A program made the translations under genes and the position numbers. From Chrysomallon squamiferum (lineage: Eukaryota > Animalia > Mollusca): a stretch of DNA of 64,000 nt. Position 1 is the stretch's first letter; each line of letters opens with the position of its first letter. Positions 11,401 to 23,468 of the stretch are shown here, one piece after another. The notes beneath the pieces were generated by a model, which saw nothing but the letters and a program-made list of their open reading frames with translations, had not been told where the DNA came from and searched no databases. The DNA lies in contig CM022665.1 in the NCBI GenBank assembly GCA_012295275.1, positions 6,510,001-6,574,000 on the forward strand, read 5' to 3'.

Positions 11401-12386
11401 TGTCCACAAATTTATTGCCAATAAAGCATCATTGGAATTATCTTCGTCATAGCATCTAACATTTGAAATTCTTTAGAGAATGGAAAACACACTACTACAG
11501 GAATGGAATGCTATCTCCCAGAACTTGATATGCAGGCTTGGAAGACATTGTATTTTAGCAGATGATTGTTATGTGCACTACTGACTTTTCAGTGTGACCC
11601 CACATTTTTCATTAGCAGATAAATAAAAACTAATCAGTAACTGTGCATCCATTTTTGTTTGTTGTTATTATAAATCTTCATCTATTGCTGTTCACGACAT
11701 TTATTGCTCATGTATTCTTTTTAAAATCCAAATATTTCTTGGTGGTGTGTTTTCAATGCTGTTCAGTGTGTTTGTGTTTGTGTGTGTGTGTGTGTGTGCG
11801 TGTATGTGTGTGTGAACAGTATTAAGTTTAAATTTTTTAAATCTGATGATTATTAAGATTTGCATGTGTATCCATGTGATAATTTGAATATAAGATATAT
11901 TTTCATATATTATTCAAATGCTGAAGTAAAATGTTCCCTCTGAAAGTTAATGGACGTGTCTAGTTTAAAGTGTGCATTTATTTATCACTGCACATCTCAC
12001 TTGTTTCATATGGTTAAATTACACTGAAACGTTGTTCTTATAACTCTAAAGCATGATAAAGCTCATAAGAGTTTGTCTATTCTTCAATTCATCACTCGGA
12101 ATTTCAAATAAGAGAATCTCCCATTGTTTTATTTTCAGTTTGAAAATGAAGATATATTCTAAAGACACACTATCTGATTTTTTCAAAATGTATATTAGAT
12201 CTCCTAACAGAAATTTATTTATTGACAGCACTTTATTATTTTCCTTAATTTGTTTATAAGATTATGTACAACCAGGACCGAGTGTACATGTTAATTGATG
12301 ACATGTTGTTAAATGGAATTGCAGCTGAAACAAGCAAAGTCAGAGCTGTTGTTCCACTCCAGTTACTGGATGCAGCAAAAAAGTGA
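8441..12386 (+). CDS. AP4S1: AP-4 complex subunit sigma-1, 143 aa; join(8441..8493, 9158..9242, 9564..9650, 9998..10066, 10452..10463, 12261..12386)
   Basis: Translation MIRFLFIVNKQGQLRICRYFEHIHKEKRIHLQQSIVRNCINRNEKQCTFFEYENFKIIYRKYVNLYFIAGITEEENELAVIELIHNFVETLNQYFGKLSELDIMYNQDRVYMLIDDMLLNGIAAETSKVRAVVPLQLLDAAKK* is collinear with the adaptor sigma family. It carries AP4S1-type motifs (VNKQGQxR, IHNFVExL, SELDIMxN, LNGxxxET). All junctions are GT-AG and in frame. Confidence 0.93.
9158..9242 (+). CDS. AP4S1: AP4S1 coding exon 2
   Basis: tttatag|A TAT TTT GAA...AAA CAG|gtttgt; encodes YFEHIHKEKRIHLQQSIVRNCINRNEKQ. Confidence 0.9.
9564..9650 (+). CDS. AP4S1: AP4S1 coding exon 3
   Basis: ctttcag|TGT...GAG|gtaatg; encodes CTFFEYENFKIIYRKYVNLYFIAGITEEE. 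Confidence 0.92.
9998..10066 (+). CDS. AP4S1: AP4S1 coding exon 4
   Basis: ttttag|AAT...CTT|gtaagt; encodes NELAVIELIHNFVETLNQYFGKL. Confidence 0.92.
10452..10463 (+). CDS. AP4S1: AP4S1 12-nt microexon (SELD)
   Basis: tttacag|TCTGAGTTGGAT|gtatccttt supplies the conserved SELD motif that is otherwise missing between exons 4 and 6. Confidence 0.88.
10464..12260 (+). other. U12-type (minor spliceosome) GT-AG intron
   Basis: 5' splice site GTATCCTTT (10464-10472); branch sequence TTTTCCTTAAT (12239-12249) about 12 nt upstream of the AG at 12259-12260; no polypyrimidine tract. Confidence 0.9.
10686..11767 (+). mobile_element. Degenerate Tc1/mariner (DD34E-type) transposon fossil inside the U12 intron
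   Basis: TIRs of ~27 bp: ACTGAACACATTGAAAATGCACCACCA (10686-10712) and TGGTGGTGTGTTTTCAATGCTGTTCAGT (11740-11767). Broken transposase motifs occur in the expected order: SDKSHCHLRNADGQLQVW (cf. SDESRF..DG..VW), VRVWGGIS, FQQDST (cf. FQQDNA), E*SALSTNLLPIKHHW (cf. WPxxSPDLNPIExxW), LQEWNAIS. Confidence 0.85.
12261..12386 (+). CDS. AP4S1: AP4S1 last coding exon
   Basis: ataag|ATT ATG TAC AAC...AAG TGA; encodes IMYNQDRVYMLIDDMLLNGIAAETSKVRAVVPLQLLDAAKK*. Confidence 0.92.
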   Translation: MMYNQDRVYMLIDDMLLNGIAAETSKVRAVVPLQLLDAAKK

Positions 12387-12673
12387 TTTTAGTCTCAGAA
12401 GTATTTTAGCTGTGATGAAAAGGATTTGCTTGCATTTACACTAACAATAGTGCTTTGACTAAATATGGAACTGTCACATTATCAGGAAAGTTGTCATGAT
12501 GACACCACAAATTCTATAAATTCCCTGCAAAGAGAGAAAAATAATATTGAAAACAGGTTAACAGTCTTTTCAGAATAATTTGTAAAATATTTATTAAGAA
12601 CTACAGTCTGTTTTTAAAGAACACAGTGAAAGAATGAACAAAGTTTATCATGTATTATTATATATGATTCTTA

Positions 12674-12679
12674 AATAAA
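12674..12679 (+). terminator. Probable AP4S1 polyadenylation signal AATAAA
   Basis: AATAAA ~290 nt after the stop, followed by a T/GT-rich stretch (tttatttgtttcgttgtc). Confidence 0.5.
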
Positions 12680-14371
12680 ACATCATCTTTATTACAATTT
12701 ATTTGTTTCGTTGTCAGAAATATATGTTTAGTAAACTGTATTTAACCATTTAGCCCATGTTTATTGTGTGCATGCCTATAATGGAACTAACCAGTTGTAT
12801 TTATATTGGATATCTAGCAATGTCATGGTTTAATGAGATTTTATTTATTTTTAATGTTTTAACATTTTATATATATATGCTTTGTATTTTATATTTGACA
12901 TTGCATTGCTTTACTATCTTATATTATACTATACTTTATTTTACTTTACATTTTTTTTTACTTTTACTTTATTTTTATTTTTATAAGTACATTCATTATT
13001 ATTTTGTGTTCCAAATAATTGATTAGTTTTATTCTGCATTATGTCAGTATTGTCAGGATACAAATCTGAGACTTAACTATCACTTTTTACATGTTAAAAT
13101 AATTTTTAAAGCAATTACTGGTTTATCAGAGACTATGGGGCAAAAAAAAGAAAAAGAAACGAGTAGCCAATTGTGCGTTTTATGTTTGAGTATCTGCATG
13201 GTCTTTTATACCAACAGATTTAAAATATTTTAAGTGTATTTTCAGACACAGCATTTATTTTATGTGAGAGATATCTAGAATCCAGGTAAAATGCATAAAA
13301 GATGATATTCTTTCTTGTTTATTGCGCACTGGTTAGCATTCTTGCTTACGTCTATCAATATTACGTGACGCAATAACATCATGCAAAAAAAAAATAATAA
13401 TAAAATAAATAATACTAATTACTTCTTAATAATGGTATATTCATATGTTGGCTGCAAGCAGATACAAACCGCTTAATGCTAACGGATGGTTTCTTTTGAT
13501 GTGTTTATGCATGACCAAAATAAACTTTAAATACCGAAAAACAGTTAAATACAGTAACATTGTGAACAATACAATATAACAAATCCACCGATGTAATATT
13601 ACATTTTTTTTTTACACACACACACACACACACACTGAATCGCATCCTCCCCCGTGAACGTTTAGATCCACTCCTGACTTTCTCTGTTTAATGAGGTTAA
13701 AAATTCGTGCTCGTAAAACCAGCAGGTGAGAAAGATGTTGAAAGGTGAGAGGAAGTCGCTTACGCTGATCCATAAAATATCTGCATACGCATTGTACAGA
13801 ACTACATAACATTACTGTATTTCAGAAGGTGACATTAAAATATTGGAATAACGTGGAAAACAAATACAGTTTTTATTTTGTTTTAATATTTTTTTTATTA
13901 ATATTAAAACATATTAGTGTTATTTATTTCACCTGAACCTTGCCATATAATTGCAAGAGAGTATGTACAGTTAAACTGCTTCATGGGAGATGCTAACCCA
14001 TATAGAAATAGATTTACAAACACTTGACGTCAGACAAAGTAGTTGGCATTTTTCCAAATACACCAACCTCAACAAATATCTGGTATTATTGTCAACGTGT
14101 ACGAATGTGTGCTACATGTTAACTTACCACTTTTTCCAGAAACTGGCATTAAAAATTATAAGATAAAAACCAAACATTTTTCATTTATAATCTATATATG
14201 TATATTAAACCAGTAGATGTTGCAATTATTAGTTTGTGTGTGTTTGGTGAGGGTGGTGCGTCTGTTACGTTCGTGTGCTACTTTATACACGTGTGCGTAC
14301 ATGAAACAATACAGATCGGCCGTTTTTTTCCAAATACTGAGATGAGCGAAGTTTCAAGTGGATAAGAACTG

Positions 14372-14374
<3 letters not shown>

Positions 14375-14446
<72 letters not shown>
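14375..14446. repeat. (CT)n microsatellite
   Basis: About 36 perfect CT units. Confidence 0.97.
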
Positions 14447-14454
<8 letters not shown>

Positions 14455-14873
14455 TTAAAAGAAATGAACATTCGCTTTAAAGTGGGAATTTTTTTCGTCT
14501 CCAGAAACTGTCCTTAGGAACATCTACCTTCTGTCTCAGTCAACCTAGTCGATGAAATTTCTGTATTTTGAATGTGTTTTGAATATGTTTATTTCTTTAT
14601 TTCAAATTTGTTTACATACTTACAATCCACATAGTTGTGCCCAAAGCAATGTAACTGATGTAATTAATCTTCAACAGTAATAAACGGCCTATCTATTCTT
14701 TGAAATTTATAAAATGTCATTATTAAACAGTTTTGTTGTTTTTTAAATACTAATGTATACTTGTGTTTAAAATGTTAATGCAATATATGTTTCTCTCTTT
14801 TTTTTTTTTTTTTTTTTTTTCTGAATCAAATTAACGTTGTAAGACTGAAAGTGAAGTTCGAGCCGTGAGTTTA

Positions 14874-14883
14874 CCAAATATGG
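14874..14883. promoter_or_regulatory. CArG box (SRF site) CCAAATATGG upstream of the cofilin gene
   Basis: Perfect CC(A/T)6GG about 340 bp upstream of the cofilin ATG exon. Confidence 0.5.
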
Positions 14884-15220
14884 TGCAGTCTTGTTATTCA
14901 TACACCACATCTGCGCTACCTTTCTAATAACTTCCGCATACACGTTTTCGTAATCCGATCCACAATATAGTGCGTCTTAATATATCTAAGTGAAGTAAGA
15001 CGAATATGTAGTGTAAGTAAAATATTAACTGATGGAGTAAAATAACGTAAATATATTTGGAATAAACTGCTAACATTATGTTTTATGTTGACACTGATTG
15101 GCAACTAGACATAGTGCTGGACTATTAATAGAACAGCGATTCGCCGCTATTCGTAAAGTGCAGCAGCCGACTAAAACCAAGCATTACCGTAGCTATTGGA
15201 TAGTAACTTTCATTTTCACA

Positions 15221-15223
15221 ATG
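15221..15223 (+). CDS. Cofilin ATG-only first coding exon
   Basis: cacaATG|gtaagt with a perfect donor. The next exon starts at phase 0 with GCT TCT GGA (ASG). An intron directly after the ATG is typical of ADF/cofilin genes. Confidence 0.75.
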
Positions 15224-15602
15224 GTAAGTTATTACAGCTTCAGTAGGAAAATAGTTATGATTATTTATATAATTTAAAAATTTATATGTATTAGTTTTAT
15301 ATTTCGAGATTAGTGTGTTTGTACAAATCTGTACCATGGTAACGTGTATGCATTTCTTCTGTTTCTTTTTTTTTTTTTTTTCTATTGTTTTCGTCTTCAC
15401 GTACTTTATAGCTGTTGTGTATGACCTCTTGATACATTCCAGACGTCAGAAAGAATTTTTATTCTGAACCAGGTCGTTTATTCATATGCCTTCATTTTAA
15501 AGTTACGAATATTATTTGAGTATATGCTTAAAACTAGGTGATTTATGTTTTATAAGAATAAGATTATGAATATAAATTGTTATTTATAAATTAGCATTAT
15601 AA

Positions 15603-15643
<41 letters not shown>

Positions 15644-17681
15644 CCATATATTCTGAAAATATGACCTTAAAAAATTCTTTGTATTCAAGGAGGTTGTTTG
15701 GCGGCTTTTTTTTTTGTTCTTTCTTTCTTTCTTTTCTTTTTTTCTTTTTCTGTCTTACTTTTGGATTAATTTTTTTTTTTTTTTTTTTTATTCATGCCTT
15801 AATTAAATGTTGATTCATTTTATTTTTATTATTATTGTTACTATTTTATTTATTTATTTTAACTATGGTTAAAATGAGAACCTGATATAAATCAGTTCAG
15901 ATTTAATAATATTCTGGATTATTATTAAACATGCGTATCTATATCCGTGCTTAAAATAAATAAATAATAATAACAATAACGGAGATAGCATATTTAAAAT
16001 AGTGAGTGCATTTACGACAGTAATATGATGCTTACCTTCAGCAGCAAATGAGGCGAAGCGAACATAGTCATCCGTTGCAAAAATGTGATTATATGTGCAT
16101 ACCTGAAATATTTGTTTTTGTATCAGCCACCACAACTTTTCTTCATAATTATATTTAGCCCCCAACTATGTTAGATATCCACCTTACATCGCAAGGTATC
16201 ATGTGATTATAACATTTATTCGTAGTAATGCCAAATCTTCGGTTTCACAAAAATGATGATCAGTTCCAGGATGGAGAAAGTTCATATATACTGATTAAAA
16301 ATCTAATTCAACAACAACACTAATAATCAATGAATGTACAGATGCAGTCTCTATCAAGTAATATTTATTTAACTTAAATTTATTGTGTTAATGCGGCTTT
16401 GTATATCTGATAGATATAGTTTTTCATATTCTCAGTGCTTTTTGTTACCCAATTACATGTATGTATGTTATTCACACGACACAAATACGAAGAAAAAAAT
16501 ATCGAGAGAAAAAAATTATACTAACATTTAAAAGGAATACTGAAGTCCTAAATTTGTGATCCAGCCATTAAAAATCTCTTTAATATTCACATTTTATTAG
16601 CTTTATTATTGGCCTTTTCCTTTAAAGCATATTTATTTAATGTTCTTGTTACTCCACTAGTGAGTTTGCGTCATCTCCAACGTGGTATGTCTGACTCGAT
16701 GTGTGTCTGACTAAACGTATGTGTATGTATGTCTATATAGATTAAATGTCATTATTACAGCACACAATGAATAACATTCGCCCTTCGCAACCACCGCACG
16801 TCATGTTTGGAATTAGCATTGCGTATGAGCAGACGACTCATTCATGTTCAAGGGTTAAAAATATTCTTAAGAATATTTACGTCAGCCATGACCTGTTTTT
16901 CTTCTATACTTAACTGTGTCTAGCTCGAGGAATATTAGTAGTATCCTGTAACATAAGGCAGCTTTTAAGATCGATATTAGAATACTGAAGTTTTCATCAT
17001 TATGCGCAATTCGGATGCAGAGGGAGGTATCCCCAAGCCAAAGGGGTTCTTTTTAGGTTTTATTTATTTTTATTTTTATTTTTTGTCTTTTAAAAATCTT
17101 TCTTGAAAATTATATTTATAACTACTGCAGTCCCCTCTTTTACTACTTTCTGGATCCGCCCCTCAGCGGTAAAGCGTAAATAGCTTTACGAGTTTGGTTA
17201 CATTACTGAAATGAAATGTGTTGCAAAATGTAACTGTAATTTATACAAAATGTTTCATCTGTATTTATCCATAGATGGATAGATGAATTAGATGGATGGA
17301 TAGATAAACAAACAAGACAGATAGACAGATAAAAAAGCACATATTCATCAAGCCAAATCATTATTTAGTAAAATAAATCATTCGAATATTCGATAATTAA
17401 CCTTTATTTGATTCTTTAATATAAATAAAAATCCCAACATCAATAATAACATCTAACAATAAAAATAAAAAATAAAAAATAAAATAAAAATTTAGTTTTT
17501 TATAAATAAATATATATATGCATATTTATTTATTTTTAGGCTTCTGGAGTTGGTATTAAGGACGAATGTTTAGAAGCATATGAAGAAATTAAGATGGGCC
17601 ACAGATGGCTTTACATTATTTACAGACTTACAGATGATTTAAGAAAAGTCATGGTAGAAGAAAAGGCGGGATTAGGTAATA

Positions 17682-17775
<94 letters not shown>

Positions 17776-18291
17776 AAATGTATATATAATTACTATACAT
17801 TAGTTTTATCACTTTTACCGTAACATCAAAATATTTGTTTTTATTTTTTCCAGACAAATCGTACGAAGACTTTGTCGACAAACTAAAAGAGGCAGAATCT
17901 AAAAGACAATGTAGATACGCCATCTTTGACGTGAAATTTTTCCATGGAGATGTGCCCCAACAAAAATTAGCATTCTTTTTGTGGTAAATAACAAAATCAA
18001 AAACCTTTTCATAATTTTCATTTTAGTAAGCTTTTTTTTTTTTGGGGGGGGGTGTTGTGTTTTTTTCCCACCTATATGTGGACCTGCTAAGAAAGCCTGA
18101 TTATGATTACAATTAATGTTTATCCTTTACAAATATGATATAAATTTAAAAGTTTGAATTATTAATAATTATTACAAAACAGACAAAACAGATTTAAAAC
18201 TGATCAGAAATTGTAAATATGTGAGCATCAAAAAGCTAATGAAAATATAGTCGTTTTTCTTATTCTTTTCATCTTTTTTCTTTTCCTTCTT

Positions 18292-18354
<63 letters not shown>

Positions 18355-18551
18355 TTTTTTTTTTTCTTTTTTTTTTTTGATATTTCAGGAGTCCTGATTC
18401 AGCAACAGTAAAACAAAAGATGTTATATTCCAGCAGTAAGCAGGCGTTTCTGAGGAAACTCCAAGGAATGCCTGTTATTATACAATGCAATGACGATACG
18501 GACCTAGCAATGTCCAACATTTTAGATCGCTGTATTAGTAAATATAACTGA
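15221..18551 (+). CDS. Actin-depolymerizing factor/cofilin, 143 aa; join(15221..15223, 17540..17675, 17854..17983, 18389..18551)
   Basis: Translation MASGVGIKDECLEAYEEIKMGHRWLYIIYRLTDDLRKVMVEEKAGLDKSYEDFVDKLKEAESKRQCRYAIFDVKFFHGDVPQQKLAFFLWSPDSATVKQKMLYSSSKQAFLRKLQGMPVIIQCNDDTDLAMSNILDRCISKYN* has the ADF-H signatures MASG (Ser3), CRYAIFD, WSPDxAxVKxKMLYSSSK. Confidence 0.95.
17007..17163. mobile_element. Possible short degenerate MITE
   Basis: The 3' end CTGGATCCGCCCCT (17150-17163) has a partial inverted counterpart CGGATGCAG at 17012-17020. Confidence 0.3.
17540..17675 (+). CDS. Cofilin coding exon 2
   Basis: ttttag|GCT TCT GGA...TTA G|gtaata. Confidence 0.95.
17685..17772. repeat. (GA)n microsatellite in cofilin intron 2
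   Basis: About 44 GA units. Confidence 0.97.
17854..17983 (+). CDS. Cofilin coding exon 3
   Basis: ttccag|AC AAA TCG...TTG TG|gtaaat. Confidence 0.95.
18389..18551 (+). CDS. Cofilin last coding exon
   Basis: tttcag|G AGT CCT GAT...AAC TGA. Confidence 0.95.
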
Positions 18552-19874
18552 CGTCTACATCTGATACCGATGCCATAACGTGTAGATATATACTATTCTG
18601 CATTGAGCCATCATGGTCGTCGCCGACTAAAGCTGTAAGTAACTGACAAACAACAAATCTCTAACAGCAAAGAAAATTAATTCAATTTCACTGGCGGACG
18701 ACTCTTGATTTTTGTGCTTGCATCTGATGAAGTTCATCAGTGTTGTCATGAAACCCGCAAAAAAGAACCGATACTGAGTGATCATTACCAGCCCTGGAAA
18801 TAAAGAACAATTGTTAATGAAATATATAAATAAATTACATTACTGTACCCAGAACCTGTGAAGTGGATAATCCCTTTTGATCGTTCTTGAATCTGCTCGG
18901 TGATGGCTTGGTGAAAGAACAGACGCCATATTAGATTTTGTTAGCAGAAAATACTGAGTAGAAATGTATACGTGCTGGAAATTAGCATAGACATTGTGAT
19001 AATATTATATGTATTTAGAGTTTATGGTCCAATCAGAATTCCAGTTTAGAGGCTTTCAGTGTTGTAACTGTTGACTGTGGCAAGAATGTTTTAATTTTTA
19101 TTATTAATGAGTTGCATTTTGGCAACTTTAGATTGTTCGTATAATAACAGAAAATATTTTATTATATTTTTAATAGTCACAGTATCAAAGAGAAAACTCC
19201 ATATGCCATAATAAATAAATAAAAAATAAATAAAAAAATAAACTAACTAACAAACTAACAAATAAATAAATCTGCAAGCCGAAATAATTTTTCTTAGGTT
19301 TCCTTATCTTAGTTTATAAAAATGTATTTTCAGTTTTAATTATGTTACCATGAGTGTTTGTAAAATTTTCGTTTTTTTTTTTTTTTTTTTGTGAAGTGGC
19401 ATTTTTAAGCTTTTGATGTTTCTGTGATAAACTATTACTTTAAGTGTTCATTGTTTTACGTTGTATGGAATGTTGAAAATTGTGTTTCGTATATCATCTT
19501 CAAGCATTCAAGATGAATCGTAATTTTGGAAGCTAGGTAGATCAATCGATCGATAGATACATAAATACAAACACATACATACACACACACACGCATGTAT
19601 ACATACATACATACATACATATATAGAATGGTAAATTACTTGGCTATATGGATGGACAGACAGATAGCTAGATATGTTTTTAACAAGAACAATTCTTTGA
19701 TCATTACTCCTTTTCGCAAGTTATGAGAGTCAATAGTACCATTTACGAATTCACTGAATGAAGTAGTGTTTAAATTTATGTTTGATGTTGCGGATGTTAG
19801 AAAAAGTAGCTAAAGGTAACGGGGGATGAAATTAAAATAAATGTTAGCTTTGATAAATATATATCAAAGCTAAC

Positions 19875-19998
<124 letters not shown>

Positions 19999-20514
19999 TT
20001 TACATTTTGTAAAATGTTTGATAGATTATGACTTCTTTATAATATGTTAGCTTATTTTTATTGAAAATACATATATACATACATATATATGTATGTATAT
20101 ATGCATCAGGAATATTACTTTTGTGTACTGTTGTGATAATTTTCACATACATATATTCTCAAATAGATTAAACGAAAACTGATCCGGATAAAATATCACG
20201 AAATACTTTATTTATCTCAACTATTTACACTAAAGAAAACAGGTAAATTTTTATTATTGACACATATTGTGTTATTGTTATGGCTACTTTCTTTCTGCAG
20301 AAGTGAATTTGTACAATAAAGATGTATTCGTCATTTTTTGTAGATCTGTTGTTGTTTTTATGTGTACAAATATACAAACATTTTAATTTGTCATTATTAT
20401 TATTATTACACATATTTACCGATAGGCCCACACATGTACACGCAGATATATATATATATGTGTGTATATGTATGTATATTGTGTATGTGTATGTACATAC
20501 GTACGTACGTACAT

Positions 20515-20570
<56 letters not shown>

Positions 20571-20659
20571 CATATTCTTCCGCCACGCTCACACTTTCGC
20601 CCGAGATGTTTGAATTTTACGCCGCGCTGCTTTGAGTCGAAATTTATTTTTTAAATTAT

Positions 20660-20915
20660 TTATGGGTTTACCGCCGTGAAGTCGAAACGGCGCATGTCGG
20701 GGACGACCTAAATTTTGGGACCCTGAAGCTTGAAGAATTATGGGATCCTTTGCAAGCAGCAACGAGCTCTGTCTAACTACTTTTATCTTCTTTAGAAATG
20801 TCCATGACAGGTTTTAAAAATTTAGACACATCTCTGATTTTGACTAAAATTTTGAAGAAATGTGAACTAAATGGGACCTGAAGCTTAAGCTTCATTAGTT
20901 TCATAATAGATCTGA
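20660..20915. mobile_element. Possible interspersed repeat/MITE fragment
   Basis: GC-richer segment with a duplicated GGGAC(C)CTGAAGCTT motif (about 20717 and 20873) and gaagcttaagcttcattag near its end. Ends are not resolved. Confidence 0.3.
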
Positions 20916-21773
20916 ATATATGTACCTCTTATACAGACAAATAAGTTACTTAACGTGTTATCTATTAAATACAATACACCAGGTTTATTATGACAACAGA
21001 CAGAAAGTAACAAAGCGCATTGAGTTTCTTATTGAAACGATTTTATGTTATGAAGTTTAAATACTAAACTTATTAAATAATAATAATGAAACTTCAAGAT
21101 AACCATTTTGTTTCGATTGCAGAAAAATTGATTCCTACCGTTATTATATATTGACATTAATTTTATTATTATTCGGACTTGCATACCTTAACAAAACAAC
21201 AACAAAATTGCTTCCAGGAAAAACTTTACATAAATAATAATAAATAAATAAATAAGTAAATGATCATAAGTTTTAATGATTCCATATACTTAATTATTAA
21301 TTTTCATTTTTAAAGTATTGGAAAGTTTGGAAAAGTGTGTGTGTGTGCGTGTGCGTGCGTGCGTGCGTGCTATATTAATGTAACCACTTATGGAACGATT
21401 GTAGATACAAGTTTATACTTTTTAAAACTATATCGATAGGAATTCATATGCAATAAATAAAATTAAATAGATTCCTTAACAGAACAGTAAAAAGAAGTTA
21501 CACCAAAGTGTGCGATATCTTCTATCATTTCCCCTGAAAATACTTATATTAAAAATATACATTTACAAGATAGGTATTAACTGTTTAAGCTAAGTCTGAC
21601 AATAAACATTTTTTATCTGAAAGATAAGACAAATGCTTTAAACGAAAAGTCTAACAATGCAGCATCAGTTCAAGTGTAATGGGTGAAAACTCGACAAAGG
21701 CTAAAATAATTTCAGAGTTACGGTTACTGACGAGTAAGGTAAAGGTCATATTTACATCTTTCCAGACAATTAT

Positions 21774-21828
21774 TTCCGGTTTTGTTGTGGGACACCTCAT
21801 CAGTCGTTTACTTAGTTAAGTAACAGAG
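21774..21828 (+). promoter_or_regulatory. Probable MCFD2 promoter and non-coding first exon
   Basis: ETS-type TTTCCGGT (~21774), Inr-like TCAGTC (~21800) and a strong donor GAG|gtaagc at 21829. The matching acceptor tttttttcag at 23164 lies 11 nt before the ATG. The region is locally CpG-retaining. Confidence 0.55.
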
Positions 21829-22428
21829 GTAAGCAACTTGACCTAATTAAAGGTACTTATAACTTACGCAACCGCATGTCTGGAGCATAACTGTCGTCAG
21901 GGTAATTATTTCTTCTCAAATAAGTATTAACTTAATTTAAAACAATAGTGTTTGGTGTAAGCATATGGCGTTCGGAATCGAATCCTTCATTGAACTGTTA
22001 AGATGAATAGCCACATCACAGTGAATTATAAAAGACAACAGAAAACAGCAAAAACCTACAAACATTTTTCATCTTTTAACGACATTAAAATGGTTAAATG
22101 TCTAAAGGTTCTTAAAACAGGAAACTGTCTAAATGAATAGAAACATTTATTTTTTAATATTTTATTGATTCCATCAGTATTATTGGTAAGAGTAATCCTG
22201 CAAGTTGCAGTTTATTTAAATACAGACTGAGAGGTTACACTGACGTTTGCCTGTGTTTTACTGAATATTTTGTCACCATTTGTAATGGATATAGAAATTT
22301 GAAAAGGTCACATAATGACATATAAATATGTCAAAACTCATTCAGTCATTGTTAAGATTTTAAAACCAATTATTTGTTAATAATGTAGATGTTGCATGTA
22401 TGCACTTTCTGTCAGCCAGTGTGTGAAA

Positions 22429-22459
<31 letters not shown>

Positions 22460-22508
22460 AATCTCTTATTTTTAAATGAAACAAGTCCAAGGGAACAACT
22501 TGTTAATT

Positions 22509-22560
<52 letters not shown>

Positions 22561-23175
22561 TTTTTCTTTTAATAATTTTGACAGCAATTTTATAATTTTG
22601 TAATAATTCCATAGTGATAACTAATCAATGTTTTAATAGTGTAATTTGAATTTTACCTAAATAAGGAATGCTTTTGATGAAGATGACCATGAAGAAAAAA
22701 AAAAATAAAAAAAAAAAAAAAAAAAAAATCAAGCTTATTATTTTATTTAAACTACTGTTAATAATATAAAAGTAATCATTACAAAAAAAGATATAATTAA
22801 GTATATTGTAGTTTTTATATTGTTTTAAAGTAGATATTTAGTTAAAGTAACAATAAATAAGATTTATTGGATTGAGGTTAACCAAAATTTATTGAATTGC
22901 CAGCGAAAAATTTTCTGTTACTATCACATAAAATAAATCATCTAAGCAGATTTATTATTATTTTTTTATTTCTATTTTATTACGTTGTTTTTGTGTGTGT
23001 TTTTTCTCTTTTCTTTGGACAAAACCAAATTTTAAGCTGTTTTGATTTAGTATTAAGAATATGATTTTTCTTTCTTTTTTCTTTCCCTGCAAGTTTGTCT
23101 GATTTTTGTATTTGAAAAATATATCTGCATCAAGCAAGTACAAACAATTACCTGTTTTTTTCAGTTCCATACATC

Positions 23176-23468
23176 ATGTTTCTGCTGTTTTGTTTGACAC
23201 TAAGTGTGCTCGTTGATTTAACCATTGCTCAAGGTCATGCACCTGGTGTACCTCCCACACAACACCAACAACACCAGCAACACCAGCAACACCAACAACA
23301 CCAGCAACACCAACAACATCACCAACAGCAACAGCCACCAGTAATGCAGCAAGATAATGCCAACACACAACAAATGCATCAGCAGCCTCCAGGTGATGTC
23401 CATCATGGTCATGGACATGGCAGTCCTGGAGAATCTCTTGATTTTCAGTCAGAGGTTCATAATAGAGA
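23176..23468 (+). CDS. MCFD2: MCFD2 coding exon 1 (signal peptide + Q/H-rich region)
   Basis: ATG at 23176; donor AGA GA|gtgagt at 23469. Confidence 0.9.

Noticed and set aside
15336-15344. Second ATG|gtaacg as a cofilin start exon
   Set aside because: Weaker donor than ATG|gtaagt at 15221-15229 and no independent support.
21962-21992. tRNA B-box-like GGAATCGAATCC
   Set aside because: No cloverleaf, A-box or acceptor stem around it.
23174-23418. Antisense hydrophobic ORFs (64 and 66 aa) over MCFD2 exon 1
   Set aside because: Shadows of the CAA/CAC/CAG repeat on the opposite strand.
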